DNA of 63,503 bases, filler included, from Sphacelaria rigidula (GCA_964200075.2; 10 parts of 10 records of this genome joined end to end with filler, not necessarily neighbours in it); one strand, 5' to 3'. Counted from the first letter of the whole stretch, positions 12,802 to 25,344 are shown. Notes: a model not told the origin generated them from the letters alone. Numbers and translations are program-made.

Positions 12802-13009
12802 CCCACCTTGTACACCCCACCTCCTTCCTCGGGATGAGTCCGTTGTCTCAAGAGATCAACCCCTCTCTCCTCCGGTACCTACCTGCCATGCATGTTGGTT
12901 TTGCGGACTTTGATCATAACTGCCGCATCGCATCGACTCTCGTGAAATAATCTGTGCTATCACATCCACGTCCTCATTTTTCAGCGACGGCAATCAGATT
13001 TTTGTCATT

Positions 13010-13106
13010 GGAAAAAAAATCCAACAGGATTTCGGACTAGGACCCCAAGCCTCCCGTCCTAACCGACAACACTTGTGCCATTTTAATTCATACCACCGAG
13101 GCGCGG
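13010..13106 (-). mobile_element. Degenerate head of tRNA-derived SINE family B
   Basis: ttgtgccatt...ccaccgaggcgcgg resembles 29769-29795. Confidence 0.45.
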
Positions 13107-13249
13107 TGGCATACGTAGAGTGGATGGTGTATCGACTTTTCTTCTGGTCTGTTCTGCGTCTTTTTCGAGAGCATCCGCGATCGAACTGAATATCATCTTG
13201 AAAAATCTAGATATCTAGATCTTCTCACCCTCATTCGCCCTCCCCGCTC

Positions 13250-13720
13250 CGCACGCCACTCACTGCGTGAGTTAGGCAACCAGATTACCGAGGTTTTTGC
13301 GCGCTCACGTCTTTTTTCCGGTATCCATGATGGTGATCGAGCTACATAATTTTTGGCAGGATGAGAGAACCTCAACCCCGCGCAAAGGGGATGATCGTAC
13401 TACGCAGTGTTTGAATGGTGAGACCCCTATGAGGCAGTGCGGAACCCGTGGCTGTCTCTGGAAGTGGCGATACCAGAAAATGAAGCAACTCGTTGGAGGC
13501 TGTCATCCGAACGCAAGATAATCAGTACGCTTCGGGCCGAATAGTCTTAGCAGGATGCAGCTCACCCTTCATGCGATTCGCCGAGCACGCCACGACGCTT
13601 CGCGCTTGGCGATTCAGTGCGAGCCTGGTCCGGCGAAAACCTTGCGTGCTCCGTCCCGGCTTTGTAGGGATGCGAGGTCAATGGTGATATGATTATGACA
13701 TGCAAGATCATCAGTACCCC
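13250..13720 (+). mobile_element. Longest copy of the poly-C-targeted non-coding element (long subfamily)
   Basis: Homologous to 6225-6261 at its start and to 14556-14815 over its 3' 260 bp; ends gatcatcagta + C-run; C-rich flanks on both sides. Confidence 0.85.
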
Positions 13721-14329
13721 CCCCCTCCGCGCACGAGAACTGTTATCGTTTTCGAATCCGGACCCACTCGGTTGTCATGTTTGGCGCTGGGGCGTATCTA
13801 CATAGAGGGATACTGTGTACATATAAGGAGCCGAAGTTTCCCACCGAAATGGACGTGAACGGGGCAGATGAAATGTTCGATCTGTGTGAGTCAACACCCG
13901 GCCCCGATTTTCTGGCATATATTCTCGGAGCTGGGGGTAAATATTATTGCCCATTATTTTGACCACTGCAAGAAGCATGTTCGTGCTTTTTTTGTTAGCT
14001 GTTGACAATCCTTGCAGTACTGTCCCCGTTTTTCAAATCTGTGTGCAGCCGCTCGCCTCCTCCTCCCCCTCTCCTATCGCTGTATTGTTCCTGCTTGTCG
14101 GTATGTGAAGGTGTGTGTGGGCATGTGGGCGGATGGATGGGCGTGTGAGTGGGTGGTTTTCGTAAGTCGTGACAAAAAAAATTGTTGTTGTTGTTGTTGT
14201 TGTGACTTGTTGCTTTCCGCTTCTTTTTTTTTTCCTTTTCCCTGTTTCTCTCCCCTTCCTCTTCATTTTGTGTTTAATTTTGACTTTGGATTTTTTATTT
14301 TTTACATATTTCCTGTTTTTCTCTGTCAG

Positions 14330-14423
14330 GGATGGTGCTGTATTGGGGGTGGCGTTTTTCAGACGATTCGGGCGTGACCATGGCGAGATAGGTTCCCTGG
14401 CCATACACCGCGACTATCGGAAG
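14330..14423 (+). CDS. argA: Internal exon of amino-acid N-acetyltransferase (N-acetylglutamate synthase), GNAT domain
   Basis: Polypyrimidine-CAG acceptor and AAG|GTGCG donor; DGAVLGVAFFRRFGRDHGEIGSLAIHRDYRK resembles ArgA RDG.IIACAAL.PF.....GE.A.LAV..DYR; joins in frame to 16167. Confidence 0.85.
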
Positions 14424-14555
14424 GTGCGACATCACTCATAGTTTTTCTTTGTTAAACATCCACGTACGTACTGTAGTATCGTGTGTACTGAACCCTACGC
14501 TTCTCATTTGCGTTTTCTTTCCGTTAACATCCGGAGTCTACCTCCCCCCGCCCCC

Positions 14556-14815
14556 CTAAAAATGAAACAACTTATCGGAGGCTGTCATCCAAATGCAAGA
14601 TAATCTAGTAGAGCTACATTTCGGACCGGAGAAATCTTACTAAAGCAGGCTACAGCTCATCCCTCATGCGACTCGCCGAGCACACCACAGCGCTTCGCGC
14701 TTGGTGATTGATAGCGAGCCTGATTCGGCGAAAACCCGGCGTGCTCCGTCCCGGCTTTGTAAGGATGCGAGGTCAATGGTCGTATAACTACGGCATGCAA
14801 GATGATGAGAACACC
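14556..14815 (+). mobile_element. 5'-truncated copy of poly-C-targeted element, intronic
   Basis: Aligns with 13476-13720; CTCCCCCCGCC is repeated on both flanks (about 14542 and 14821). Confidence 0.85.
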
Positions 14816-16166
14816 TCCTTCTCCCCCCGCCGTCCGCCGTCCCCGATCACGTACAGACACCGGTGGTCGTTGAGTGCCACCTGCGGGTTTGATCCTCCAC
14901 ACGTGGGCTTCACTCTGCACGTAGTCCTTTTGGTGTGTAAATCGCTACGCTTCTCACGCACTCAACATGCACACGAGGAGAAAGCTTCCCTCACTCTTTC
15001 CCTTGCATGATTGAAAACCCTACTGATGCACATGCAATGTGATTTAACCTTGCCTGAAGTCGATCGGACCCTTACGTGTCTGTTGGAGGTTGAAGCAATG
15101 GTATAAGCCGATTTTTATCCACCGATATGAAGTATGGGGGCCCGCCGCCTTCAGAGAGACCTCCTTAGACTGAAGACACGACCTGTACATGTATCTGTAC
15201 ATGTGCTCAATCAGACTGCCGTCAACATCCGCTTCCGATTGTTCTGTGAAAATCAGATGTACAGGGATCGATTGAATAGCGACTGCAGGCCTTTCGGGGC
15301 CAAAACAAATCGGCTGAGAAAAAGCTGTGTCGACGATGATGAACGGGGACGCCCTGTTTCGTGCTTAAAAACGTGCCGTGTTCTCAAATGTACGCAGTAT
15401 GTCATTGTTTTCCTTTTATTAAGTTCTGCATCCGTTTGACTATTCAAGTATATATTTTGCTAGAACGCCAAATAGTTTGCTCAAAATGTGTGTCGCTTAT
15501 TCTTGAAATACGGAACACTTGTATTTCCGGGGCAACACGTTCTCGAATTCATGTCGTCCTCGTGTAAAGTGACGCCGTAAAGTGCTAGCCTCCCCCCCCA
15601 ACCCCTCCTATTTGATATTGGGTTATACTCTTTTGCTGGAAAAACTGAAGCAGCCTGAAGAGTTGGCTGTCCCGGAGTTGAGAGTCCCTCTCTTCATGAC
15701 TGCATTTACCATGCCTCTTGTACATGACTCGGCGGGTCGTGCTGCTACGGTTTCGCTTCATCTACGTACGTACTGCGCGAGTATTGTACTTCCCTCCCTT
15801 TCCTCCCTTTGAAAAACGAAAAAAAGGGACACCTTTTTTGTCCGAGCCATTCAGGAATAATGTTGGGTTATTTGACGACGTCTGAACAACACAATAGTAA
15901 TCAGCGGTACCTGCAAGCTGAAAGCATGCTCGTATACTAGTATGGTGTTATTTAGACTGTGTGACTCTGGACGCCTCCATGCCATGTAATGAATATCTCC
16001 ATGCCATGTAATGAATACCTTACTACCTCGAAGTATTAATGAACATACAGAGGGAGTTAACTTCCCACTTCCCGCTCTCCCCGCTCGTCGGCGCCCCGGC
16101 GCCTCCCACTTCATCCTGATCGACTCGTTTTCTTTTCGCCGTCTTTTTTCTGACGCGTTCGAACAG

Positions 16167-16318
16167 CGGGGATGGGGAGACGCGATCCTGAGCTATCTGG
16201 AACGGGTGGCGATAGCTTCGAGTGTGAAGCACTTGTTCGTGCTGTCGAGCAGGACGATGCAATGGTTTGTGGAGAGAGGATTTGAGGAAGCTACCGTGGC
16301 GGATCTTCCAAAAGAGAG
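16167..16318 (+). CDS. argA: Next exon of N-acetylglutamate synthase GNAT domain
   Basis: GAACAG acceptor and AG|GTACTG donor; RGWGDAILSYLERVAIASSVKHLFVLSSRTMQWFVERGFEEATVADLPKER matches ArgA G.GD.LL...E..A...G...LFVLTTRT..WF.ERGF......LP..R. Confidence 0.92.
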
Positions 16319-18064
16319 GTACTGTGTAGCGAATTGTTGACTCTCGGCTTGTTTGAGAGTGTGCAGCTAGCTGCAGCTATCACGAACGAATACACCTCTC
16401 CAACTAGCATTTTTCAAAGTTTACAACCACCCTGTGGATCGTACATGACACATGGAGATCGACCCTGGATGACCCCCCCTGGGAGTTTTGTTTTTTCCGT
16501 CATGCCTTAAACCCCTGCCCCTTCCTCGGGATGAATATCTGGTCTTGAGCGGTCGTCAATCCATCTCTTCTACCCGTATACTGTATGTGTGAGGAAAAAA
16601 ATAGTGAAACACCTGCTTTGACGCTTGACAGTTGGGCCGCTAGGGTGGGGTCATCCGGCGTCATGTGTTGAATCCGCAAAATTTTCACTCGAGAAATGAG
16701 TAGAGGACTCACATTACCTACCCTGGCGGTCGAGAGGTGTCAACAAGATGCATGGATAAGGGGGTGCGCAGCAGCTGCAGGCGGAACAGTGATTTGTGTG
16801 TTGTTGTAGCGTGTTTGTAGTGGTTACTCTTTACGGTGTTCTGGGCTGCCTCAGTGGCCCCTCTCCTGTTTTTGGCAGAAATAGTGAATTATACGTTTTT
16901 TGTTCTTTGTTTTTTATTACATTTAACTCAAACTCCCCTCCCGTCCCCGGTCCAGACACCTCATTATTTCAAGCGCTGACGGAGAGGAAAAGAGGGGAAA
17001 AGAAAATGCGGTCAACAACCATTTTTACGGTGGAAGGCCACAGAAGAATCTCACCGACGTACGTCATGCTCGCACCAAAAATGTCGCTCCGGTGCGGTCG
17101 GATTAGTTTTACCGAATGAGGGGACGCAACGGGTGAAGTATGTTCAACTTTGTGCGCAGAGCGAAAACCAGCACCGCGGCCTCTGGATATCATACAACAA
17201 AAATCAACACCACCTGTATATTTTATATATATTTAGTCCCGTGTGGCAATGCGGCACACATTTATATAGGTGACGCACCCCACCGGAGTATTGTTGTGCT
17301 ACAGTCCGGAGGTCGTGCGCGCCCAACACTTGGCAAGCGTGCTAAGCCGCATCGCAGAAACAAAGTATTATTGCCGAGCACACAAAAATCCCCTCATCAC
17401 ACGTGGGAGGATTGAGGTGCGATACAGTATTTACGCGATTCACCGCCAGTTGGAAGCGGTTGCGGGTCTGAAAAAAATCCCTGGGTAAAATAGTGGTACT
17501 TGGAAGCTGCAAACAATCAGCCATATATTGTTAAAAAACAGCACCCTGGAATCAGCACTTTTCCATCGCCAGTACCAAAAGGGTGAAGTTAGAACTACAT
17601 CCATAACCGCACAGATGAATCATGATCACGAGCTTCCCGCGCAAGCTCCTTGCTGTGACTTTGCCATGCTTCACAACGAGACTGCCATTTGCATCATGAC
17701 CCCGGTTTGGTTTCATTATTCTCGTACTGTACATTCTTCCCTTTTTTTTTCTGGTTGGTATTGTTTTTGTCTCCCGTTATTGTTCTTGTTTTCCACAATT
17801 TACTCCGCTTGTTTGATTTTTTTTTGTGTTTGTTCCTCTCTTTTTTTTTCTAAAAAAAAAAACTTTGACCGCAAGGGTATGTTATCTCTTTTATGCACTG
17901 CGGTTTCAATACGGGAAAGTTATTATATTGATTCAACAGATAGATCACCCCGGCTGTCAAAGGGTCAAGCAAGGCCTTTCCGTTTTGTCTACCTTGGGCA
18001 CGCCTACCTTGTGGATACTGACCACCACTGGGTCCTCCGGCGATCGTTTAATGTACGACACTCG

Positions 18065-18236
18065 AATCAAATCAATCAGAGTACCTGCCCCTCACCCATC
18101 CTGTATAGAGGAGCACGAAATACTCGGTATGGTTTGTCGGAGGGGGTAACAATCAAATCAAAATCAGAGTACCTGCCCCTCACCTATCCTGTATAGAGGA
18201 GCACGAACTACTCAGTATGGTTTGTCGGAGGGGGTA
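18065..18236. repeat. Tandem duplication, about 86-bp unit, 2 copies
   Basis: aatcaaatcaa...tcagagtacctgcccctcacc...ggtttgtcggagggggta occurs twice with few mismatches. Confidence 0.92.
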
Positions 18237-18684
18237 GCGGTGCTCTCAAACAGAGAAGAACTGCTTGACTGTAGCGTCGGGGACCGGTGTTAAAAGTCAG
18301 TCTGTGATATTGCTCCGAATATTGTCAAAGTCCAGCCCGCACGTGGGTGAAAAAACTGGAGACAAAATGGCTCTTTTTCTGCAACGGCGCCATGCCACGA
18401 CGGTGGTGCAATCAGTTCGTGGGCATGTTTTCTTGATTTCAATACAAGAGAATGACTGTATATGCGTGTGCGTGCGCAAATCGTACCGACACAATCTCGC
18501 CTTGTTCACATAAGAGGGAGCAGAGCGTATGTGTAGTGAGGGGTCCCACTTGACCACCCAGCCACCTCTCCAATTCGACCGGCTGGTCAAGAAGGACGGC
18601 AACCTTTCGGGAGTCGGCTTGAGCCCCCCCCCACACCGTTACCTACGCATTGAGTCAGTCCGTTCCAAGGTCGATGTTTGTACC

Positions 18685-18905
18685 TATGCGTGTGCACGCA
18701 TGTACGTATGAGTGGACGTACGTTGGTATAAATGTGCACGTATACTGGTGTATGTATGTGTGTTGGTACATGTGTGTACGTATCTACGTATATGTATGTA
18801 TGTACGCACGTATATATGTACAATCGTGTGCGTATACATGTGTACGTATACGTGTGTACGTATATACGTGTGTAAGTATGTGCGTATATGGTGTACGTAT
18901 GCATG
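18685..18905. repeat. Degenerate TG/TA/CG alternating microsatellite
   Basis: Low-complexity tatgtgtacg-type sequence. Confidence 0.8.
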
Positions 18906-18983
18906 CTGTAGGATATGCCAGCACTGAGGGTGTTGACATATTACACTGCTGCATTAGAACAGGGGTGGGTGTGCCTGATGAGC

Positions 18984-19083
18984 NNNNNNNNNNNNNNNNN
19001 NNNNNNNNNNNNNNNNNNNNNNNNNNNTTAATTAATTAANNNNNNNNNNNNNNNNNNNNNNNNNNNNNNNNNNNNNNNNNNNN
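18984..19083. other. Artificial contig linker
   Basis: 44 N + TTAATTAATTAA + 44 N. Confidence 0.99.
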
Positions 19084-19154
19084 CCGAGAATTGAACCCAC
19101 GACCCAACCGTCAGAGGGTTCCGAGGTTACCAACTGAGCCACCGGGGCGACCGG
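19084..19154 (-). mobile_element. tRNA-like head of SINE family A, cut by contig start
   Basis: Minus strand reads ccggtcgccccggTGGCTCAGTTGGtaacc...gtgGGTTCAATTC (A and B boxes). Confidence 0.85.
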
Positions 19155-21000
19155 TAAACATTGTTCTATGTAATTGGACGCTCCCTCATCGTTGTGTTTG
19201 TTTGTTCAAGTCTGTTTACTTTTCGCGGAGGGCAATATATACCTGTTCGATCGTCGCGGACAAAGCGATGACTCGCGCGCTTCTCCTCTCTTTATTCAAC
19301 CCATGTATATTATGTACATGTATAATTTCGCATTTTTCACCACTTTTGCCGAGTTTTCTCTGCCAACAAGGCATTTTTCCCTGCACTTTCTTTTGCAGCG
19401 ACTGAGAAGGCATACGAAGTATGTGTTATACTTTCGACTTGCGTCACCCCCGGGAGGCCCGTACCAACCTCCCGAAGGGGAACCTTATATATATATATAT
19501 ATATTTATATACCTTATATGGTTTGTGGTTGTTGTTCTTATTAGTAGTAGCATTAGTAGTATCAGTAGTGCTAGTAATATGAACAGATGTTGTTGTATCA
19601 GTATTATCCGCATTGCATTTGTATCATCAGTATGATTTGTGTCACTGGTATTATAGTATTATAGTACTGTTTATTGGTACTCTTGATGTTGTTATTACCA
19701 TTCGTTTTATTCATATCAGAGGGTTTCGGAAGATGCTTTTTTGTTATTCCTGAGTGCAAATATCTCAGGATCATGATGTAACGAAAAAATATTTCCCCCT
19801 TCGTCACATGTGGGATCCCCTAAACTTTTTTCGATGAGGTTTTTTATTGTATTCTGTACTTTGATTCTGAGATACTTGTACTCATAAATGACGAAAAAAG
19901 CGTTTTCCGAAACTCTCTGTGATCAACATGCTTATCAGTACTTCCGCATGGTACTATTCACCCTTTTGGGACCGGACCCCCACTAACACGAGGTTGACTC
20001 TATGTTCGTGAAATAATAAAAACTATGTCTTCGAGCGACCTGCCCAATCACGACGAGGCGAAATTTATCGACCAGACCCGAACGATCAGCGAGGGGATTG
20101 TTGTCGAGTGTAATGCCACTGCAAAGATCGTGTGGGGGCTCTATCCCTGGCCCAGATAAGCCTCCCCAGGTTTCCAAGTGCAGGGTGATCGCAGCTTGGT
20201 TTTATGGTATCACTTGCTCTCAGCATACCGTTCCCGAGTTTTTCCGGAGTGTTTTTGGGTCCCAATTCTATCCTGAAACGTAGTAATTTACACTAACACA
20301 GGGTGGACCGGAAAAAACCGGGAAGGAATGTATATGCTACCATGTGGTCATTTTCACGAGGCACAAAATCCAGGCGGGCTGTGGAAAGACAACAGGAGCT
20401 ACCGTAATGAATTTTGCGTATCCCTCTGCCGATGACTTGCAGTGTGCTGTCCACGTGTACGTAGTGGACAGGGATGACAAAGCTGTTTATAGGCAGCTGA
20501 TTACGGTAGCTGAGAATTGTCGAGAACGTGCAGGGGAGTATGCAGCGGCAGCTGCTGCTTCAGTCGGAGAGGCGTACTACACTGTACTGTACGATAATGT
20601 TGTATGCATGCGCGCCGCAACGCTGATACCCTTCGAAGAGAATTTTCCGCATGCAACAAGGGAGAAAATGGCGGCCCACCCCGACCACAAAGGGCTGTGT
20701 GGCAAGGTGACGAGGACAAAAGTATCGTCCAAAGCCACATGTCGCCGCATCATGTTGGGAGCTCTTTACCACGACTCATACTGCTTGCTACATCAGACGT
20801 ACACTACCTAATGCGCACCCTGCACCTGAAAACAGATTGGATGAAACTTTCGGTCATAACAACCCTGCGGTTACATGCGCGGATTTTCAGCAACACGCCA
20901 CTGTTTCGTGCAGACGCCAGACACGTCATTCCTGACCAGCCTCATTGTTCGTTCTGGAGGCCCGGTCCCAAAAGGGATTCATATCATCATGCTTATCACC

Positions 21001-21090
21001 AGGGAGAGATGGATTGATCCCTTGAGACCGCGAAGTAGTCCCGAGGAAGGGGAGGGGTTCAAAGTCCGACAATCATATATATATTCATGT
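21001..21090 (+). mobile_element. 3' fragment of SINE family B
   Basis: agggagagatggattgatcccttgagaccgcg...gaggaaggggaggggttcaaag matches the reverse complement of 29505-29572. Confidence 0.65.
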
Positions 21091-21544
21091 ATTAATATTT
21101 CCGCACACTAGCCCGATCTCTCGAACCCGTGGTCACATACCTGGGCTCGCCTTTGCAGCACCGCCACTATTGTTCCTTACAGATGCCAGACTACAAGTTC
21201 ATTTTTTATTATTTTTCGTAGCTGGAAGTACCGCACATAGCTAGGTTATTGCCTTGGATTCCGCTTTATAATGAACAGTATCGTCAACATATCGTACACG
21301 AAAACGATTGGGATGAGAAATTATTGAGAGGGAGTGATGTAATAGGATGCGTTTCTGCCAGCCCATGGGCATGCTGGGGTTCGCGAGACATGCGGCTAGC
21401 CTGCGATTAGCTCAGGATGAGAAAACTCGACGTGCTCGACTCACTGAAAATTAGGAAATGCCACAAAAAAAAAAAAGTGTAGTTGAGCATCGTGCATGAT
21501 TAATGGATGGATTGGTTGGGTTGATTCGTTGAGTGAGTTGGTTT

Positions 21545-21765
21545 TATTTGACTTGACTTGACTTGACTTGACTTGACTTGACTTGACTTGACTCGACTTG
21601 ACTTGACTTAACTTGACTTGATTGATTTAATCGATTCATTGATTCATTTTACATTTGATCCATTTGATCCATTTGATTAATTAATTGATGAATTGATTTG
21701 ATGGGTCGATTAGATTGATTGATTTGATTTGATTTATTGATTTGCTTGATTGATTGATTAATTGT
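21545..21765. repeat. (GACTT)n microsatellite decaying into (GATT)n
   Basis: About 14 GACTT units followed by degenerate gatt/gattt units. Confidence 0.92.
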
Positions 21766-22274
21766 CGCACTACGTCAAGTATTCTCGAGGGGCACAGCCG
21801 TGGTCACAAAATGAATATTTCCTTGGTGACCGGAACAGGAATGCTTGCTAGTAATGAAAAGAGGAGTGCGAAAAATGACAAAGAAACGAAAGCATAGAAC
21901 AAACAAACAAACAAACAAACATACAATGATTTAAACAGACAAAACGGGGAGAAGAACAAAAGCGAGAACAAAGCAAAAGCAAGCGAGCATCAAAACAAGT
22001 TTGGCGTCGACCCAATTTCATGCATCTCAGTGATTGTGGATCGCGTCTTCTTCAGCAAGGTGCTCATCACCTGTACTTTTTTTCCCATTCCAGTCTATCA
22101 CGATTCGATTATTTTTTTTTCCGTCACACTTTCATCTCCTCTCCTCCTCCGAGACGAGTCTGTAGTCTCCCCGGGGGAATCCCGTCTTCATTTTCTCCAC
22201 CGGTACTGCACCTGCGCGGCGTATTTTGTTGTGAACGATTGGATTGTGTTTTTTTTTCTTCTCGTTATTATTCT

Positions 22275-22490
22275 TAATGTGTCGCACTTTGAACCCTTTC
22301 CTTTCCTCGGGACGAGCCCGTCGTCTCTAGGGATCAACTCATCTCTCCCCGACACACGCCTTGCATTTTATTCTCGCGGATTTTGGGTCAGCATTGATTG
22401 GGTCAGCACTCCCGCACCGCGTCAACTCATGTCCAACAAACCCAGTCATATACTTTGTTAACTCACGTTCTTACGCTTTCTACGGTGGAT
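22275..22490 (-). mobile_element. SINE family B body without tRNA head
   Basis: Aligns with 29500-29695 (cacgccttgcatttt, gcactcccgcaccgcgtcaactca, tactttgt.actcac.ttct.acgc.tt.cacggtgg). Confidence 0.8.
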
Positions 22491-22691
22491 GATGATCTCT
22501 CCTTGACCCTTAGACCGCGGTGCGGGTCGTCCATCTGGATCTCGTATACTTGTTGCAAGTGAAAATCGATGCCGATCCAGCAGGTGAACTACCCTCGCAG
22601 TGTGAGGGTTGAAAATAATCCATCTATTTTGTGATGATACGTTCCTCGATTTTCGTGGTGCGGTCGATGTGGCATTCGATACGCCGAACAG

Positions 22692-22895
22692 GGGGGCACC
22701 ACACCAGCCGCATCAAAGGGTATTGCAGTGGAAAATGACAAGTACGATGAAGAGGAAGAAGGGGAGGAGAAGGAGGAGGAGGAGAAGCTGGTGGTGTGTC
22801 AGCGGTGTCACAAGCTGAGGTTCTACGGCAGTGTAGCGGAGAGTCTTCGGCCGGGATTCACGGACAGTGATCTGTTGACGCCGCAGCGATTTCTC
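22692..22895 (+). CDS. Exon of YqeH/NOA1-family circularly permuted GTPase (zinc-finger second CxxC)
   Basis: GAACAG acceptor and CTC|GTGAGT donor; an acidic tract then LVVCQRCHKLRFYGSVAESLRPGF; CQRC..L..YG is the YqeH/NOA1 motif. Confidence 0.88.
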
Positions 22896-25100
22896 GTGAG
22901 TCAAGCTCACTTTTTTGGCGCAACCCTATTTTGCTCCTTCTCTCTCGTAATTTGTGACATTCATTCATTGATGGACTCGTTGATTCATCGATTGATTCTT
23001 ACACTTTTACTTGTCCACTGTGTATACCAATTGAGCCAATTTGATTGGGGCCGGCCATACTAACTTTGGGTCGTTCGAGTCGAGGTACTCTAAGCCCAAG
23101 TAATTGGGGTCTTGTACTGTACAGTCGAGTCTTTTTCGTTTATTATATTATAGGATTTATAGATACGCTGCACTGTAGCCAAGTGATTGAAATCGCCTGT
23201 ACTCAATCTAAGTGACTGTTTTTTATACTAACGTCAAGTCAATTTATCTGCTGTTTCACCGATTCAGCCGTCAGGCAACACCGACGCATTGCACATCAAG
23301 GTAAAAAGGCGTGAACACTTGAGAGTATATGTTACGTAACCCCCGTTCTGTTTTCTGTAATATGTGATACTGATTGGTCATTTGATTGATCGATTGATTG
23401 TTGCCCGTTAACTTGACTACCATTGTATCAATGCAGCCGTACAGCAAGGCAAATGGTGTACCTTCAAGTATAAATGTTTGTCGTAGTAGTTTAAACGACA
23501 ACATTGTTGTCTTTCTGCCGCGGCTTTTATAAAAGAATGGCGAATGACGCAAGGCATTCGGGTGGCAACGGCCGTTGCTATTCAGGCGTTGTCTCCCCTA
23601 CCAAAAAACTTTGAGTATCGTCCATATCCGATCTACGTGAGCGTGGGCAGTACGGTGGCACTGGCGCTGACAAAGTGCTGACGACCTGCACGGAACAACA
23701 AATGGCACTGTATACTCTGCCGCCCATCCCCGGTAGTCTGACCTGATGGTTGGAATTCCGACATAATGCGGGGCGGAGTTGAGGGGCGGAATTCCGATAT
23801 ATTGCAGGGAGAAGCTACGGGGTGGGACTTCGACATGTATACTCCACGCCGTTTTCCTTGTGGAGTATCTGATGTCCGTCTTTGTGGACGTGAGGATGAT
23901 ATCGGCTGGTTCAGGGTGAATGCCCGCAACGTATTTCTCACTAGATGCAGAACAGAGAGCCAACCCGATACGAAGATATTTGGTATCCTAGTGACCCCTG
24001 CGAGCAAACGAACAGTGTGACATGGCCAGATTTGTTCTTGCGTTCTTTGCCATGGCGATGGTAGTGAAAATGTTTCTCGGCCAATCAGGGGCCTTCAAAT
24101 TTTTCTGAAAATAAAATGCGAATTTCCGACTCGAGTTGTACCCAATCTCATCACTAATCAAATCCTAGTGACCACCATCAGCTAGTAGGGAATCTAAAGC
24201 AAAAAACAGATTTGAAAACAGCTTATATGGAATTGAGTTATACCCCCAAACGTGGTATCGCTGTAATGTGGGGTTTTGATATCGTCGGATTTCCACTGAC
24301 ACCATACGTCAAAGACCCAGAAAACTTATCGATGTTTCCCCATGTAACGTTTGTCCAAAAGCTCCTACCATCCTTGAACTTGGCAGTTAGGTAGACATGG
24401 GTGCTGCACAAGGAGGACAAAATTATTGGAGAATGTTTTATCGAAGTTTTTCCGCCCTTTACCGGAGTCCGGGGGTCCCAGGGTGAAAATCCCCAAAAGC
24501 CGATATAGATTGCTTGAAGAAAAAAAAAATGTTTCGGCCCGAAGTCGAAAAGCTGATCTTTAACGGTCGATTTAGGCTCAAGCGCACACGGATTATGTCG
24601 GTAGCATACTATCATCAAGTGGTTGGGGGGAGTCCGCGTACAACGCACACACAGGTGGTCGTTCACGCCGTTTTTTTCAAATCAGGCCCTGAACTTTTGC
24701 ACACGGGCGCTCTGAGATATTTTGAAAGGCTGTACGATTGGGATGTTTGAATTTTTTGTCGCTACGGCGTGGTTCAGGTCACCTTACAGGTTGTTTACTA
24801 TTGTAACAAGTTGGGGAGCGTCACCTGTCTGAAATTCCTAGAGTAATGTCTACGGTCCAGTTAGATTGGATCAGGATCAATTAATTAGTGAAACGGTGCA
24901 GCTACTGTAGTCAAAAGTTGAATGGTGGAGCTCGTTCAACAAGTTTCACGTACAATGATGTGCTTGTTACTTTTGTGCGTGCCAACTTGTTTATTTTTGT
25001 ACAAAAACTCTTGGCTCATTTCGGCTCTTTCATTTTTTTCTCCTTTTTAGTTTCTGTTTGGTTTGCTTCCCCTCCCCTCTGTTTTTTTCTCCTCGTGCAG

Positions 25101-25203
25101 GAATTGCTGGGCACCCTCCGAACCCGCAAGTGCTTGATTATCTACTTGGTCGATCTGTTCGACTTCCACGGTTCTTTCCTGTTCAACCTCCCTGCGATTG
25201 TCG
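25101..25203 (+). CDS. Next exon of YqeH/NOA1-family GTPase
   Basis: Polypyrimidine-GCAG acceptor, phase 0 with the previous exon; ELLGTLRTRKCLIIYLVDLFDFHGSFLFNLPAIV matches YqeH LVVYVVDIFDF.GS; donor is either G|GTGAGA near 25203 or CAA|GTGCAA near 25220. Confidence 0.88.
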
Positions 25204-25284
25204 GTGAGACGCAGAACCAAGTGCAAGCACAACGCGTGTGACGCAGCACATAGCCCGTGCGCTGAGTTATTCCCCCCCCCCCCC

Positions 25285-25344
25285 TGCTCCGTCTCGAAAG
25301 GGATGCGTGGTCAATGGTCAAACGACTAAGGCAAGCAACGAATG
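25285..25344 (+). mobile_element. Short poly-C-targeted insertion, cut by contig end
   Basis: Follows a 13-C run; gctccgtctcgaaagggatgcgtggtcaatggtcaaacgactaaggcaagcaac. Confidence 0.85.

Noticed and set aside
20344..20811. 155-aa ORF with AGCGKT resembling a P-loop
   Set aside because: No preceding hydrophobic strand or Walker B motif, GTG start and no splice support; likely chance.
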